DNA from: TPA_inf: Saccharomyces
Taxonomy: Eukaryota
Reading direction: 5' to 3'
Assembly: GCA_000146045.2 (NCBI GenBank)
Contig: BK006944.2
Span: 384,001 to 448,000 of the forward strand
DNA length: 64,000 bases
Shown: positions 40,401 through 51,579 of the stretch, one piece after another
How positions within the stretch are numbered: position 1 is the first letter of the stretch
How the letters are laid out: every line of letters starts with the position of its first letter
Made by a program: the position numbers and the translations under genes
Notes under the pieces: model-generated
The model's input: the letters and a program-made list of their open reading frames with translations, nothing else
What the model was told of the DNA's origin: nothing
Databases searched by the model: none

Positions 40401-41875
40401 TTTCCGGTATATTTATCCGCTGACAGTATTCTTTCATCCTCGGGAGGAAACAATACAACTATAAATCTAGAAATGCTAATCAATAAACTGTTTGGGACAT
40501 AAATCAGTGTTTCATGTAACCCTGCGTTAGGACTTTTACTATAATGCTGGAATGATCGTGTTGCCATGTCGACAATGTCAGTTTTCTCTCTCAGTTCTCT
40601 TGAAAGTACATCACTACTCATCGCTAATACGGTTAAAATATCCAAACATTTCAGTTTATTCTCCAAGGGGGTATCCTGAATAGAAACTAGCTGAACTATT
40701 CTTTCGATTAAATCCAACGAAAACAAAGTCTCAAATTTGTCAACCCCATGCAACGCCCCGCAAATACCGTACATGGCATTTACAAGCCTGGTTAATATTG
40801 GTTGGTCTGTCGCATTCGAGAAAATTGGCTTCAGCGTTGGAAGTACTTCAACAATGGTCTTAAAGTCATCCGTTCGGATACTGCTACAGGCGTTCGAAAC
40901 AATTGCGATAGCCTTCCTCTGCGCATGTATAGTTAAAAAATCGAAGAATTGGACGTAGATTGATAATTGGCCCGTTTTTAAAATGTCTCTCCCATGTACT
41001 CTAGAAATATATTCCACCGTTTCTAAAACTTGTTCTGCGAGGTCAATGTAACTGATCTCTACCAATTTTCCTTGTAAAATTGGTATAACGTGTTCATCAA
41101 CAGCTATTGAAATAGATTCAGGGCAGACCTCAAAAAGATTATACATGCATCTACAAGCTTGCATTTGTAATTCTAATTCTTCCCGTAAAATTTTATCAGA
41201 GAGTATGGCAGCTATATTACCTATTAAGGTTTCCATCGGTATAATTCTATCGACAACCATTTGATTCATCATTAATATGTTTTCAGAAAGTTCTTTTAAA
41301 CTCTCCATTGCAATATAAGGATCCTCGGAGGCATTCCCAGTATTCTCTATCAATTTAGAAATCCGCTCATTCCTTGCCGAACTCTCTGCGCTCCTCTCCA
41401 TCCTTCCTCCAATCATCGATAAAATCTCGGGTAGTGTTCTTCCAACCGGGTGTTGCCCAAGTCCTTCACTTGTTTGTCTTCTTTGTTCTAGTCTTTGTGC
41501 GAATGTTTCCAAAATGTCAGGTAAATGTAGGGGGTTGCTGCCAAATTCATTATTATCGTGAGAACGTTCAAGTCCATCTTCTTCTTCATTTCTGTCTTCG
41601 TCACTGCCATTCTGAGTTCTATGATATCCATATAAAAGTCCAGAATCATCTTCATGATGGTAATCGTTATCGTCATCTTCACCATCATCTGCCTCAAAAC
41701 TTCCGACGCTAGAAAGCATATGTTCATCTTCATCTTCATCAGGATAATAAGAGTACTCACCCTGTACATGGCCATCCTCATCATAGTCATCTTCTACCTG
41801 CGTATCCATCATATAATCACTGTTTTCGCTATGGGACTCATGTTCATCAAGGTTGTGCGAATTATTTTCAGACAT
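37424..41875 (-). CDS. UFD4: HECT-domain ubiquitin ligase of the UFD pathway (YKL010C), 1483 aa
   Basis: Acidic N-terminus, armadillo-like middle, C-terminal HECT domain with the catalytic Cys context (PSVMTCANYLKLPKYTS). Confidence 0.9.
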   Translation of the reverse strand: MSENNSHNLDEHESHSENSDYMMDTQVEDDYDEDGHVQGEYSYYPDEDEDEHMLSSVGSFEADDGEDDDNDYHHEDDSGLLYGYHRTQNGSDEDRNEEEDGLERSHDNNEFGSNPLHLPDILETFAQRLEQRRQTSEGLGQHPVGRTLPEILSMIGGRMERSAESSARNERISKLIENTGNASEDPYIAMESLKELSENILMMNQMVVDRIIPMETLIGNIAAILSDKILREELELQMQACRCMYNLFEVCPESISIAVDEHVIPILQGKLVEISYIDLAEQVLETVEYISRVHGRDILKTGQLSIYVQFFDFLTIHAQRKAIAIVSNACSSIRTDDFKTIVEVLPTLKPIFSNATDQPILTRLVNAMYGICGALHGVDKFETLFSLDLIERIVQLVSIQDTPLENKLKCLDILTVLAMSSDVLSRELREKTDIVDMATRSFQHYSKSPNAGLHETLIYVPNSLLISISRFIVVLFPPEDERILSADKYTGNSDRGVISNQEKFDSLVQCLIPILVEIYTNAADFDVRRYVLIALLRVVSCINNSTAKAINDQLIKLIGSILAQKETASNANGTYSSEAGTLLVGGLSLLDLICKKFSELFFPSIKREGIFDLVKDLSVDFNNIDLKEDGNENISLSDEEGDLHSSIEECDEGDEEYDYEFTDMEIPDSVKPKKISIHIFRTLSLAYIKNKGVNLVNRVLSQMNVEQEAITEELHQIEGVVSILENPSTPDKTEEDWKGIWSVLKKCIFHEDFDVSGFEFTSTGLASSITKRITSSTVSHFILAKSFLEVFEDCIDRFLEILQSALTRLENFSIVDCGLHDGGGVSSLAKEIKIKLVYDGDASKDNIGTDLSSTIVSVHCIASFTSLNEFLRHRMVRMRFLNSLIPNLTSSSTEADREEEENCLDHMRKKNFDFFYDNEKVDMESTVFGVIFNTFVRRNRDLKTLWDDTHTIKFCKSLEGNNRESEAAEEANEGKKLRDFYKKREFAQVDTGSSADILTLLDFLHSCGVKSDSFINSKLSAKLARQLDEPLVVASGALPDWSLFLTRRFPFLFPFDTRMLFLQCTSFGYGRLIQLWKNKSKGSKDLRNDEALQQLGRITRRKLRISRKTIFATGLKILSKYGSSPDVLEIEYQEEAGTGLGPTLEFYSVVSKYFARKSLNMWRCNSYSYRSEMDVDTTDDYITTLLFPEPLNPFSNNEKVIELFGYLGTFVARSLLDNRILDFRFSKVFFELLHRMSTPNVTTVPSDVETCLLMIELVDPLLAKSLKYIVANKDDNMTLESLSLTFTVPGNDDIELIPGGCNKSLNSSNVEEYIHGVIDQILGKGIEKQLKAFIEGFSKVFSYERMLILFPDELVDIFGRVEEDWSMATLYTNLNAEHGYTMDSSIIHDFISIISAFGKHERRLFLQFLTGSPKLPIGGFKSLNPKFTVVLKHAEDGLTADEYLPSVMTCANYLKLPKYTSKDIMRSRLCQAIEEGAGAFLLS

Positions 41876-42080
41876 GCTTGGCTACTCTTCTATTTTAAAT
41901 GTTTATCCAAAATTTTCACACCTGAGATATATTGTTGTTAATAAAGCACACAGAAAGGAAAGTATCGATCCCAGAAAGTGGTCTTTCCCTGGGTATGATC
42001 AAAGCTATTCCCCTTTCCAACTACTGTTGGCTATGATCCCACAATTTGATTTCAGTTCAGAAAACCCAACCATTAGGACT

Positions 42081-42133
42081 TTACCCGGCGAAGGTGAAAG
42101 AAAAAATTTTTTTCCAGAAAAATGCGATGAGCT
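42081..42133 (+). promoter_or_regulatory. MRT4 ribosome-biogenesis promoter: Reb1 site TTACCCGG (42081-88), RRPE AAAAATTTT (42102-10), PAC GCGATGAGCT (42124-33)
   Basis: Perfect matches to all three motifs, 110-160 bp upstream of the MRT4 ATG. Confidence 0.7.
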
Positions 42134-42241
42134 TTTGAAAAGTTGCAAATATTTGTAGTACTTTGGCTAAGCAGAGCTGATTCCTTTTGCTATACGTACA
42201 TCACTGTCTATCGTCCATAAAAGATTTATTATAGTTGAATC

Positions 42242-42952
42242 ATGCCAAGATCAAAACGTTCCAAGCTAGTCACTTTAGCACAAACCGATAAAAAGGGCAG
42301 AGAAAATAAAGAAAGAATTTTCGATGAAGTGAGGGAAGCCTTAGATACTTATAGATACGTCTGGGTCCTACATCTTGACGACGTAAGAACTCCAGTTTTA
42401 CAAGAAATCAGAACATCTTGGGCAGGCTCTAAGTTAATTATGGGTAAGAGGAAAGTTTTACAAAAAGCATTGGGAGAAAAGAGGGAAGAAGAATACAAAG
42501 AAAATCTGTATCAATTGAGTAAGCTTTGTAGCGGTGTCACTGGTTTATTGTTCACTGATGAGGATGTCAACACTGTCAAGGAATACTTTAAGTCATACGT
42601 TCGTTCAGACTATTCAAGACCGAACACGAAAGCACCACTAACATTTACAATTCCTGAGGGCATTGTCTACTCACGTGGTGGTCAAATTCCAGCTGAGGAA
42701 GATGTTCCAATGATTCATTCTTTAGAGCCAACTATGAGAAACAAATTTGAAATTCCAACTAAAATCAAAGCTGGTAAGATCACCATTGACAGTCCATATT
42801 TAGTTTGCACTGAAGGAGAAAAATTAGATGTTCGTCAAGCTTTAATACTGAAACAATTCGGTATCGCTGCTTCTGAATTCAAAGTCAAGGTGTCGGCCTA
42901 CTATGACAACGATAGCTCCACTGTTGAAAGCACTAACATCAACATGGAATAA
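42242..42952 (+). CDS. MRT4: Pre-60S factor, ribosomal P0 paralogue (YKL009W), 236 aa
   Basis: MPRSKRSKLVTLAQTDKKGRENKE...; 236 aa; Reb1, RRPE and PAC motifs in its promoter. Confidence 0.92.
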   Translation: MPRSKRSKLVTLAQTDKKGRENKERIFDEVREALDTYRYVWVLHLDDVRTPVLQEIRTSWAGSKLIMGKRKVLQKALGEKREEEYKENLYQLSKLCSGVTGLLFTDEDVNTVKEYFKSYVRSDYSRPNTKAPLTFTIPEGIVYSRGGQIPAEEDVPMIHSLEPTMRNKFEIPTKIKAGKITIDSPYLVCTEGEKLDVRQALILKQFGIAASEFKVKVSAYYDNDSSTVESTNINME

Positions 42953-43294
42953 GCTGAACTATTATTTGGAAGCCTTTTTTAATAGACCATTGTATAAAAA
43001 TTTCTTTTTTTTGTATAGATATACTAAAGCAACGCTCATAAATGTAACATAGCTTCTTTTCAACTGAGAATTTATATTCATGCTAACTAAGCGTAAATCA
43101 CTTTTGATCTTCACAGCTCTTTAGCGGCACGAAAGCAAGAAAAAAAGATAACACTGTATGTCTGGAAAAGAATACTATAAAAATACCTGTTTACATAAAC
43201 CAATAAGGAAGAACGTGAGAGCAGGACCGTAAAAGAATTAATGTGTAAAGAATTAATGTGTAATGGTTATACTACTTAAAAACACCGTTTTCCT

Positions 43295-44551
43295 TCAAAT
43301 ATCCTTTTTCGTTGGAGTACTGTCAGTTGGAGTAGTGGAACTTTCATCACTTTCTTCGTCTGATTCACTATCACTTCTGTCATCCTTGAGAATACCTCTC
43401 CATAGAATCCTGTAAAGAACTCTAAAAATAAGGAACAGCCAATAAAGATTCACTAATTGCAAAGCGCCTATCAATACAAAGACAATTGGTAAGGAAATCC
43501 AACATTTATATTGCTGAGTGGCAAAATTCAAGACATAGTTACCTTCCGTGCGAAATTGCGTTAAAACGGACCATAGGATCTTTAAATTTATGTAATGACG
43601 CAAATAAATCCACGCAACAACAAAGATAGCAAAAGAAAAAAAAGCCAATCCAGAGTCCAAATAATTTAGAGTTTTGGAGAATGACAAAAGAAAATCAGAA
43701 ACATCCATTGTGATATAGATTGGCAGTCCCATTTTAGTGAAATGAAATACGTAGGAAGACCAAATCAATAGTAAAGTAACAATATGATGGAAAGTCAACT
43801 CGTTATGATCTTTTCTTGGCTTTTCTAGTTGCAATACAAGAATGCAGGCTTGTTGAGCCCAAAATGCAGCTTGACCCAAATAGAATACCTTGAATAAGAA
43901 GGGATTAGTGAAATCTGGATATGTTCTGTACATTGCCTTTGTGTTGAAAAACCATAAATCCGAATGGTACATACAATATATCCCGAAAGGACCGGAAACA
44001 CCGGTGTAGAAAATAGCGTACATTTGTTCCATGATTCTTTTTATTCTGTGCTTAGAAGTGACGTGTAACCTAATAGCGAACGGTCTAATGACAACATCCA
44101 TTAGGAATTCACGTAAGAATGTGAAAAAAATCATATAGTAAAATACAAAGCACAAATCGTTAATACCTTTACCATATGCGTTGGTATCACCTATTTGGTA
44201 TGACACAGCGACAAATCTATGTAACACATTTGTCTTTGTAGTGTTACCAGAAGTGAAATAGGCACTATATACCGCGATTAAAATCATCAAGGGAGCTATC
44301 CAGGCATGACGGTAACTTATCTCTCGGAATGAAAACCAGATTTTCTTGACCAGGTCGCTATCATTTTTGGTGGCTTCAGATAATCTCTGCATACGCCTTT
44401 TAGCAGCCGTTTTAGATTCTTTTGTCTCGAACATAGTACCTAAACTAGGTACAGTGTCCCCGAGGTCGATCTTACCTATGGAAGACTTGCGTCTTGGTCT
44501 TGACCTCACTTTCAAATTGTTGTTTGAAGGGCTTGGCTTTATTGTCGACAT
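43295..44551 (-). CDS. LAC1: Ceramide synthase component with TLC/Lag1 domain (YKL008C), 418 aa
   Basis: Multi-pass membrane protein; conserved Lag1 motif region with paired His ([16 protein letters not shown]); 418 aa. Confidence 0.9.
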
Positions 44552-44760
44552 AGCTCTTGTTTATTGATACTGTGTCTATCTAAATGTTTACCGGAGGTAT
44601 GAATAATAAAAACAATAGCGATCAACCGACAAAAATATCTGTATGGAACAGAAAAACGGTAACGAACAAGAAACTGTAGTTTTAACTTAAATCAGGTCCG
44701 GATTATAAAGCCGATGTAGCAGAAAAACGGGTTCACGGAATACAATAGCCAAATAACAAT

Positions 44761-44794
44761 AAATAAATAAATAAATAAATAAGAAAAAAAAAAA
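44761..44794. repeat. (AAAT)5 microsatellite followed by A11 in the LAC1/CAP1 intergenic region
   Basis: aaat x5 at 44761-80; A11 at 44784-94. Confidence 0.9.
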
Positions 44795-45117
44795 GCAAGT
44801 AAATAAAACAAAACGGGATGCAACAAGCCAAGGAGGGAAACAATAGAAAAATAACTTAAAAATCTTTGTCTAGATTCCAATACTTTCTCCCTCCTCCCAC
44901 GTTATTTGTCTAGCATGATCAGGTACAATGCCCACCGATATGAGAAAAAAGAGTGAAAAAAAAAAAATGACGAAAATGGTTCCGCGGATCTAGCAACTTT
45001 GTTGGAATGACCGGAAAAGACAGTTGTTTCCTTTCCAACTATTTTTCATTCCTGGTCTTTTTCCTGTTGAAGCCCAGCATTTTTTTTTTCGCGTCGCGTT
45101 TTTTCACAACAGTTCGG

Positions 45118-45153
45118 ATCACGTGATAATCACTGCACGTGACTATCATGTGA
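45118..45153. promoter_or_regulatory. Cluster of three Cbf1/CDEI-type octamers in the LAC1/CAP1 divergent promoter
   Basis: ATCACGTG 45118-25 (+), CACGTGAC 45136-43 (GTCACGTG on -), ATCATGTG 45146-53 (ATCACATG on -). Confidence 0.55.
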
Positions 45154-45301
45154 TACGATAGCCGGGTTATGATCCCCTTTTTCTTCCTATTGGAATACTG
45201 ATTTTACAGTGGCTAGTACTGGATTTGAGTATAGGAAGGTGTTAGCAACTGTAAGGTACTATTCAGACCGTTAATCCAACGGATCATAAGAGCGACAGAA
45301 A

Positions 45302-46108
45302 ATGTCTAGTAGTAAATTCGAAGAGGTCATCAACAAGATCATCAATGACAGCCCTCCAGGAGAATTAAGGGAAGTATACGACGATCTAATCAAGATCACA
45401 AGTGAAAACTCCAAAAATACTATTTTGGATGCTATTGAGAATTACAACGTGCAGAATTGCATCCCTATAGAAGTCAACGGGAACTCTGTAATTATTTCCA
45501 AATACAACAAGGAAGGAGCAAAGTTTTTTGATCCCGTAAATTCCGTAATATTTTCAGTTAACCATTTAGAGCGCAAGGGCCTTGACATTGAACCATATGA
45601 GTTCACGCATGCAAAGATAGAGAAAGGGCAATTGAAAGAACTGCACGATAAATTGCACGAATATCTTCTTCAGAGCTTTCCAGGTGATGTCAGTTTTGCT
45701 GTTTACCCAGTCCCTGAGGAAATAAGTAAAATTTCTATTATTATTGTTAGCACCAAATATAATCCAAACAATTTCTGGAACGGCCATTGGAGATCAAGCT
45801 ACATCTACGATTTGGAGACCAGGGAGTTATCCGGTCAAATCTCTACGCAAGTCCACTATTACGAAGACGGTAACGTTAGTTTCCAATCTGGGAAGGATAT
45901 CAATCAATCTAACGTTGATGACGTTGTTTGCACAATAAGGGATATTGAGACGAATTTCGAAAATGATCTAGATCTTTCATTTTTCGACTTGAACGAAAAA
46001 CAGTTTAAGGCCTTAAGAAGAAGATTACCAGTCACGAGATCCAAAATTAACTGGGGTAGTGCGATTGGCAGTTATAGATTGGGTAAGAATGCGGCAGAAG
46101 GCAAATGA
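45302..46108 (+). CDS. CAP1: F-actin capping protein alpha subunit (YKL007W), 268 aa
   Basis: 268 aa, CapZ-alpha family. Confidence 0.9.
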   Translation: MSSSKFEEVINKIINDSPPGELREVYDDLIKITSENSKNTILDAIENYNVQNCIPIEVNGNSVIISKYNKEGAKFFDPVNSVIFSVNHLERKGLDIEPYEFTHAKIEKGQLKELHDKLHEYLLQSFPGDVSFAVYPVPEEISKISIIIVSTKYNPNNFWNGHWRSSYIYDLETRELSGQISTQVHYYEDGNVSFQSGKDINQSNVDDVVCTIRDIETNFENDLDLSFFDLNEKQFKALRRRLPVTRSKINWGSAIGSYRLGKNAAEGK

Positions 46109-46197
46109 AATTTCATGCCTGCCTTATTCCATTCTCTTCCTATTTCTTAAATTGAATACATCTATGTACATTATTTATTTTTGGCTTGATTGGCTCA

Positions 46198-46632
46198 CTA
46201 AAATAACTTAAACAGGGTATATAGAATGAAGAATATTAATAACGCCAAACCCACCATTCTCCATATGCTATTACCAGCCTTTAATGATCGGGTTAACCTT
46301 GAGGACGAATTTTTGATATCGGTAAACATCGATCCCAATGAATCTGTCATTTGGTTTATGACAGAACTGTCAGAGACCGCTCGGTCTCCAATCTCTTGGT
46401 TTATGTTTCTGAATGTAGCTAATTTATTGGCTAACCCCTCTAGTTTCCTATCATTCTGTTTAAAGTACATGTACATGAAGGGATGATACATCTGCTCATC
46501 CGGTGTACAGAAGCAATAGTTAGTAGCTTATAACATCCATATAGCAAGCTAGGTCCCATTCTAAACACCTATGCGTGTTGCCGGTGATTTACATACGTTT
46601 GATTCGGTCTGAGAATACCTAGAATTTGACAT
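46198..46632 (-). CDS. SFT1: Intra-Golgi v-SNARE (YKL006C-A), 97 aa, spliced: exon 1 is 46632..46597 (12 codons, MSNSRYSQTESN), exon 2 is 46455..46198
   Basis: Exon 1 ends at a GTATGT 5' splice site (plus-strand acatac 46591-46596). TACTAAC branchpoint is at plus-strand gttagta 46519-46525. The 3' splice site AACAG lies immediately before AAT GAT AGG (NDRK...). Exon 2 is a SNARE coiled-coil plus a C-terminal TM helix. Confidence 0.85.
46456..46596 (-). other. SFT1: SFT1 intron (141 nt)
   Basis: GTATGT...TACTAAC...CAG signals on the minus strand. Confidence 0.82.
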
Positions 46633-47308
46633 CGCTATGATGATTATATATTACCTTTCTACCGTTCTCTCCTTGTTGAGTTCTTCCAGTATCCTTCTTA
46701 ATGATATACCTTATATTATTTCCTCTTTTTTTTTCTGCATGTAGCAATGCGCGGCTTCTTGCAATAACAAGAAAACTAGAGTAGCTAATTTACTGCATGA
46801 ACCGTACATTCAGCAACAAGAAACATAAGATACTTACCGCACAATATTCATTGGTCAGTTACCGTACACACGAAGATCCTTTCTGAGTAGCGTAGTTTAA
46901 GGGAGCACACATTTTTAAATTCTAAACATTGCCTCAAGATGTTCTCCCATATACAAGGAAGGAATATTGAGCAACATGGTTAATCTGCCAGTTGCAACAA
47001 CGCAAGTGTTATTAGAAATATTGTTCAAGGAAAATATCAGATAAAAAATTTTTCGCACTTCGCTAATCACCCATATAGAACATGGCGGTGTTCCAAGTGA
47101 TTAGCCCTAGATCGCAAATTATATCATCATTCAGTTACCTTTCTCATTGAATCTTCTTGATAAGAACTACTGGTACCTCAAATAGGAACGAAATATGATA
47201 CCACTGTATCATACTATCATTCTCAACACATTTGTTATATATTTTATGTTTCTACTGAACCTTTTGTCAGTCATCTCACTAGCAGCTGCGATTAACAGTC
47301 ATCGGATA

Positions 47309-47350
47309 TTTAAAATTGAAGCTTTTAAAATTGAAGCTTTTAAAATCAAA
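47309..47350. repeat. Tandem duplication of the 15-mer TTTAAAATTGAAGCT (2.7 copies) in the RPL14A far-upstream region
   Basis: Copies at 47309-23 and 47324-38, then partial TTTAAAATCAAAC. Confidence 0.9.
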
Positions 47351-47493
47351 CATGAATACACATTGGAGTTCACTGAAGAAATTAGGTTTAAATAAAAAAA
47401 TCCAGCATTAGTTGTGAAGTAAAAAAAGACAAAACCAGCAAATTCTTGCCAGAATGTAACTATACTCTGAGTAAAATAATTGACAGCGCAAAT

Positions 47494-47506
47494 ACACCCA
47501 TACACT
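47494..47506 (+). promoter_or_regulatory. Rap1 binding site in the RPL14A promoter
   Basis: ACACCCATACACT (consensus ACACCCRYACAYM) about 410 bp upstream of the RPL14A ATG, the typical placement for ribosomal-protein promoters. Confidence 0.7.
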
Positions 47507-47902
47507 ATTTTTACATCTTGACATCACATACATAATATGTGTGAAATATCAAATTTTGAGTGTCCGTTATCAATTTTTTTTCGATTTTGCATTTTATGAA
47601 GCTTCAAACAGGTGTCGGCCTAACTTTCCGCCCGGAAAAGAGCGGTTTACGAGAGATTGCTGCTTGCAGCTGCGTGCATTTTTCCATAATCGGGTTTCCC
47701 TTCAGCGCGCAGTGTTTCCATTCTCAGCCCAATTGGCAACGGAGAGAGCGTAGAGCTTTCAGTGGACTGCCCTTCGTACTCGTCGAGTACTATTGAACTG
47801 AAAAAAAAGTAATCTAAGGTTAAGTTGATCAGGTCTGCCGATTGTATAACAAATTTAATTGTTTGTCTTAGTGAACAAAGAGAGTCGTGAAAAATAAAAT
47901 AA

Positions 47903-48720
<818 letters not shown>

Positions 48721-49092
48721 AATATGTACATGATCTTTAATTCTGATATATTTCGTATGTAATTTTATCTTTAACTGGTGATTCTTTTAATAAATAAACT
48801 ACAATATTATAACTATTGAAAGCCTCTGTTATTCACACATCTTTGGAAAAAAAAAAATACAAATACCCAGTGAGTACTAAGTAAATTTGGAGTACCTAAG
48901 GGCTTGTATCGGTGGGGTTCCTGACCTAGCTTTATGTTTTACAAACGCATGCATATAAAATTTACAAAACTACAAAAACCATGAACACAATGAAAAGAAG
49001 GAAAAAGAGTAGGTTTGTCGTGAAAGTACACGCCTCTGAAGTTTTGTTATCATATTACTATAATATTGTTACAACTCTTAGGAATCTTATAT

Positions 49093-50877
49093 TTAATGGA
49101 TAAATTCCTGTTTCACGACAACAAATGCGAATAATGTTCTTTCATCTGATTTCATTCGCGAAAATCTCTCAGATCTTTCATCATTGTGACTGCCTAAAAT
49201 ATCTTTCAAAATTTCAGGAATTTCACCGCCCTTCGATGGAACGATATAAAAATCCTTCTCGTATCTAGTTTTTGGCTTTATACCTGCAATGCGACCTTTG
49301 TTTTCCAGGGAGTCTACAACGTCGGCAAAAGTTGTCTTACTTTCACTATCATTCGAAGGAAATAATTGGTATACTAATATAGCTCTAGAGCAAGAAATTT
49401 CCTTAAGATATGGTGCAGCAGTGGTTGTAGGTAAGCGCCCTTCTACATACAGTTTTCCGTCACCAATGGCTTCCTTGAAAATATCCCGTCTTAACTTTTG
49501 TGAAGCCCCAATGTAGTTTAGGTAACCTGTAAACTCAAGTCCTAAGCCGGGATACAAAAATGCGCAGTTTAAAGATTCTTCGTTGATTATTGTACTTGGG
49601 CTGGGTTCTTTCGAAATGGCATGAGTCTGTTCTATTTTACTCTTATCGCTGTCGATACTGTCAATGTTGTGTAATCTTATGCTGTCTTTTGAGTACAAAA
49701 TATCCTCTTGAGGTTCAGCGATATCTTCGATCAGCTCATCACCCTTGTGGGTCTTAACGTACATGGGTTTGTCAGGTACCTCCACGATAAAATTTTCTAA
49801 GATAATCTTATCCCTTTTCTCTTTAAATTCTTGTAAGTCAGGATTTGCGAGTTCAGATGCGTTCATGTTCACCAGTTTATTTAAAGGCAATTTGCCCTCG
49901 ACAACGTGTGCCTTCAGTTCCAAATTTTTTTTATCCTTTAAATTAGAGTATAACGACCTCACTTTCTCTGTGTATATCTTGTCCAAAGTACCAAACTCGA
50001 CGTTAAGGCAAGCTTTGTAAAGTTCTTCTTCCAGATTGTGCGCAAACTCTTGCGATATCGATATAACGTCTTTCCCATCAGGAAGCTCATAAAGTTTTGC
50101 CTCAATTGTTTCGGGAACGATGAATTTGCTAAATAAGGTAGAGAACATTTTTTCTGCATTATACCTCAGTTTGTGTTCTTTTTCGCTTTCAAAATCTTTC
50201 CTAGTAGGCATTTCGTTTTCGGCAGTATCAGACTTGGCGGCATCAATGCTTTTATTCCTTTTTTTTGACCCATTGGATTTCTTCACCTGTTTGGATTTGA
50301 TATGAATTCCTTTGGCACTATCGGGGCTCCTTTTTCGTTTCCTAGGGCTTTCCTCATCAAGAAAGACATCTGCATCATTGTCATCATGGTCATTTACGGG
50401 CTTGTAAACATCATCATGGTAATCTTCATCCTCTGAAACCTCTGCCTCCTTTGACGTTTCCAAATGTGCATACAATGATGGGTCGCACAATTCACAGTAG
50501 TACTTAGAATCTTCACTCATTAGCCCATCTATGGTGTCTTTACCATCAGTCATACATTTAATATGCTGCCAAGTGTCACAGCCATCGCACTGTACCATGT
50601 CGCCATGCGAATATTCTGCAGCATCGTAGTTTTCATTGTTCGCCCCACACAGACATCTAACATAGCCCTCATCCGCTTCGTCTACTTCGTCTGTTCTTAC
50701 ATTTTCAGTATCTTTCCTTGGCTCCTGAGAAGAATCAGACTTCTTATTCTTCTCTATGGCTGAATCAACTTTCTTTTTAGTTCTTTTTTTCTTTGGTGCT
50801 TCAGTCTCCTCCTGTAACAAATACTCAATATATTTATTCTGACCCTTATTAGATCTTGAAGAAGTACGGACAGACAT
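49093..50877 (-). CDS. BYE1: Negative regulator of transcription elongation; PHD finger, TFIIS-like domain, SPOC domain (YKL005C), 594 aa
   Basis: PHD finger [35 protein letters not shown]; 594 aa. Confidence 0.9.
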
Positions 50878-51579
50878 AATAAATTTAAACTAAATAAAAG
50901 CTAAAAGTAAAAGAGAACCTAGGATAATCGATAGCTCCCTGTGTATAGAACAAGTCAAAATACTAAGATCTCGTCAACCTATCCTCTTTCATTGCAAGCC
51001 TTTTGGCCAAACTGCAGTCTGGGCATCCCTTTGCATGTCTTGTGAAATAGTATCCATCTCTCCCCAGCTCCCAGAAATGATATGAAAAGTTATTCGTGAA
51101 GAGTGATCCTAAAACTGAAAAAAGGAAAAAACAAAAATGAGCTAAAAAAACCACAACAAAAGAATATCAACTTCATTGCTTGGCGGGTCATCGCTTTTTT
51201 ATTTCTTTCTGTCAAAGAATAATAAAGTGCCCATCAGTGTTCATATTTGTTACAAAGTGGTTTTCTGATTTGGTACTACTGCAGAGGCGTATTTTTTGCT
51301 TCAGTTACCATAGCGTAAGAACACTAGCGACTTTTGTTCGTGAACCAACAGAGTAGGATTTCTACTGCTACATCTCTTAGGTAGTTGGTTAGTCCGATCG
51401 CTCACTTTTGGTTGTTGTTAAGTACTTCATAAGTTTATCCTTTTCCTTTTTCACACTGAGCTACTTTGGGTATAGCTTTTGGCCCAAGGATCTTTGAATT
51501 TTCTCCAAAAGTACTTTATTTTATATCCTACAGGTTGCGGTTTTCATATTTTAAAAAGCTTTTAATCATTCCTTTGCGT

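Noticed and set aside
44999-45010. TGTTGGAATGA resembling the 5' end of a Ty1 delta LTR
   Set aside because: Only about 9 nt match and the flanking sequence does not continue as delta. No tRNA gene nearby and no target-site duplication. Coincidental.
46226-46486. 86-aa plus-strand ORF
   Set aside because: Antisense to SFT1 exon 2.
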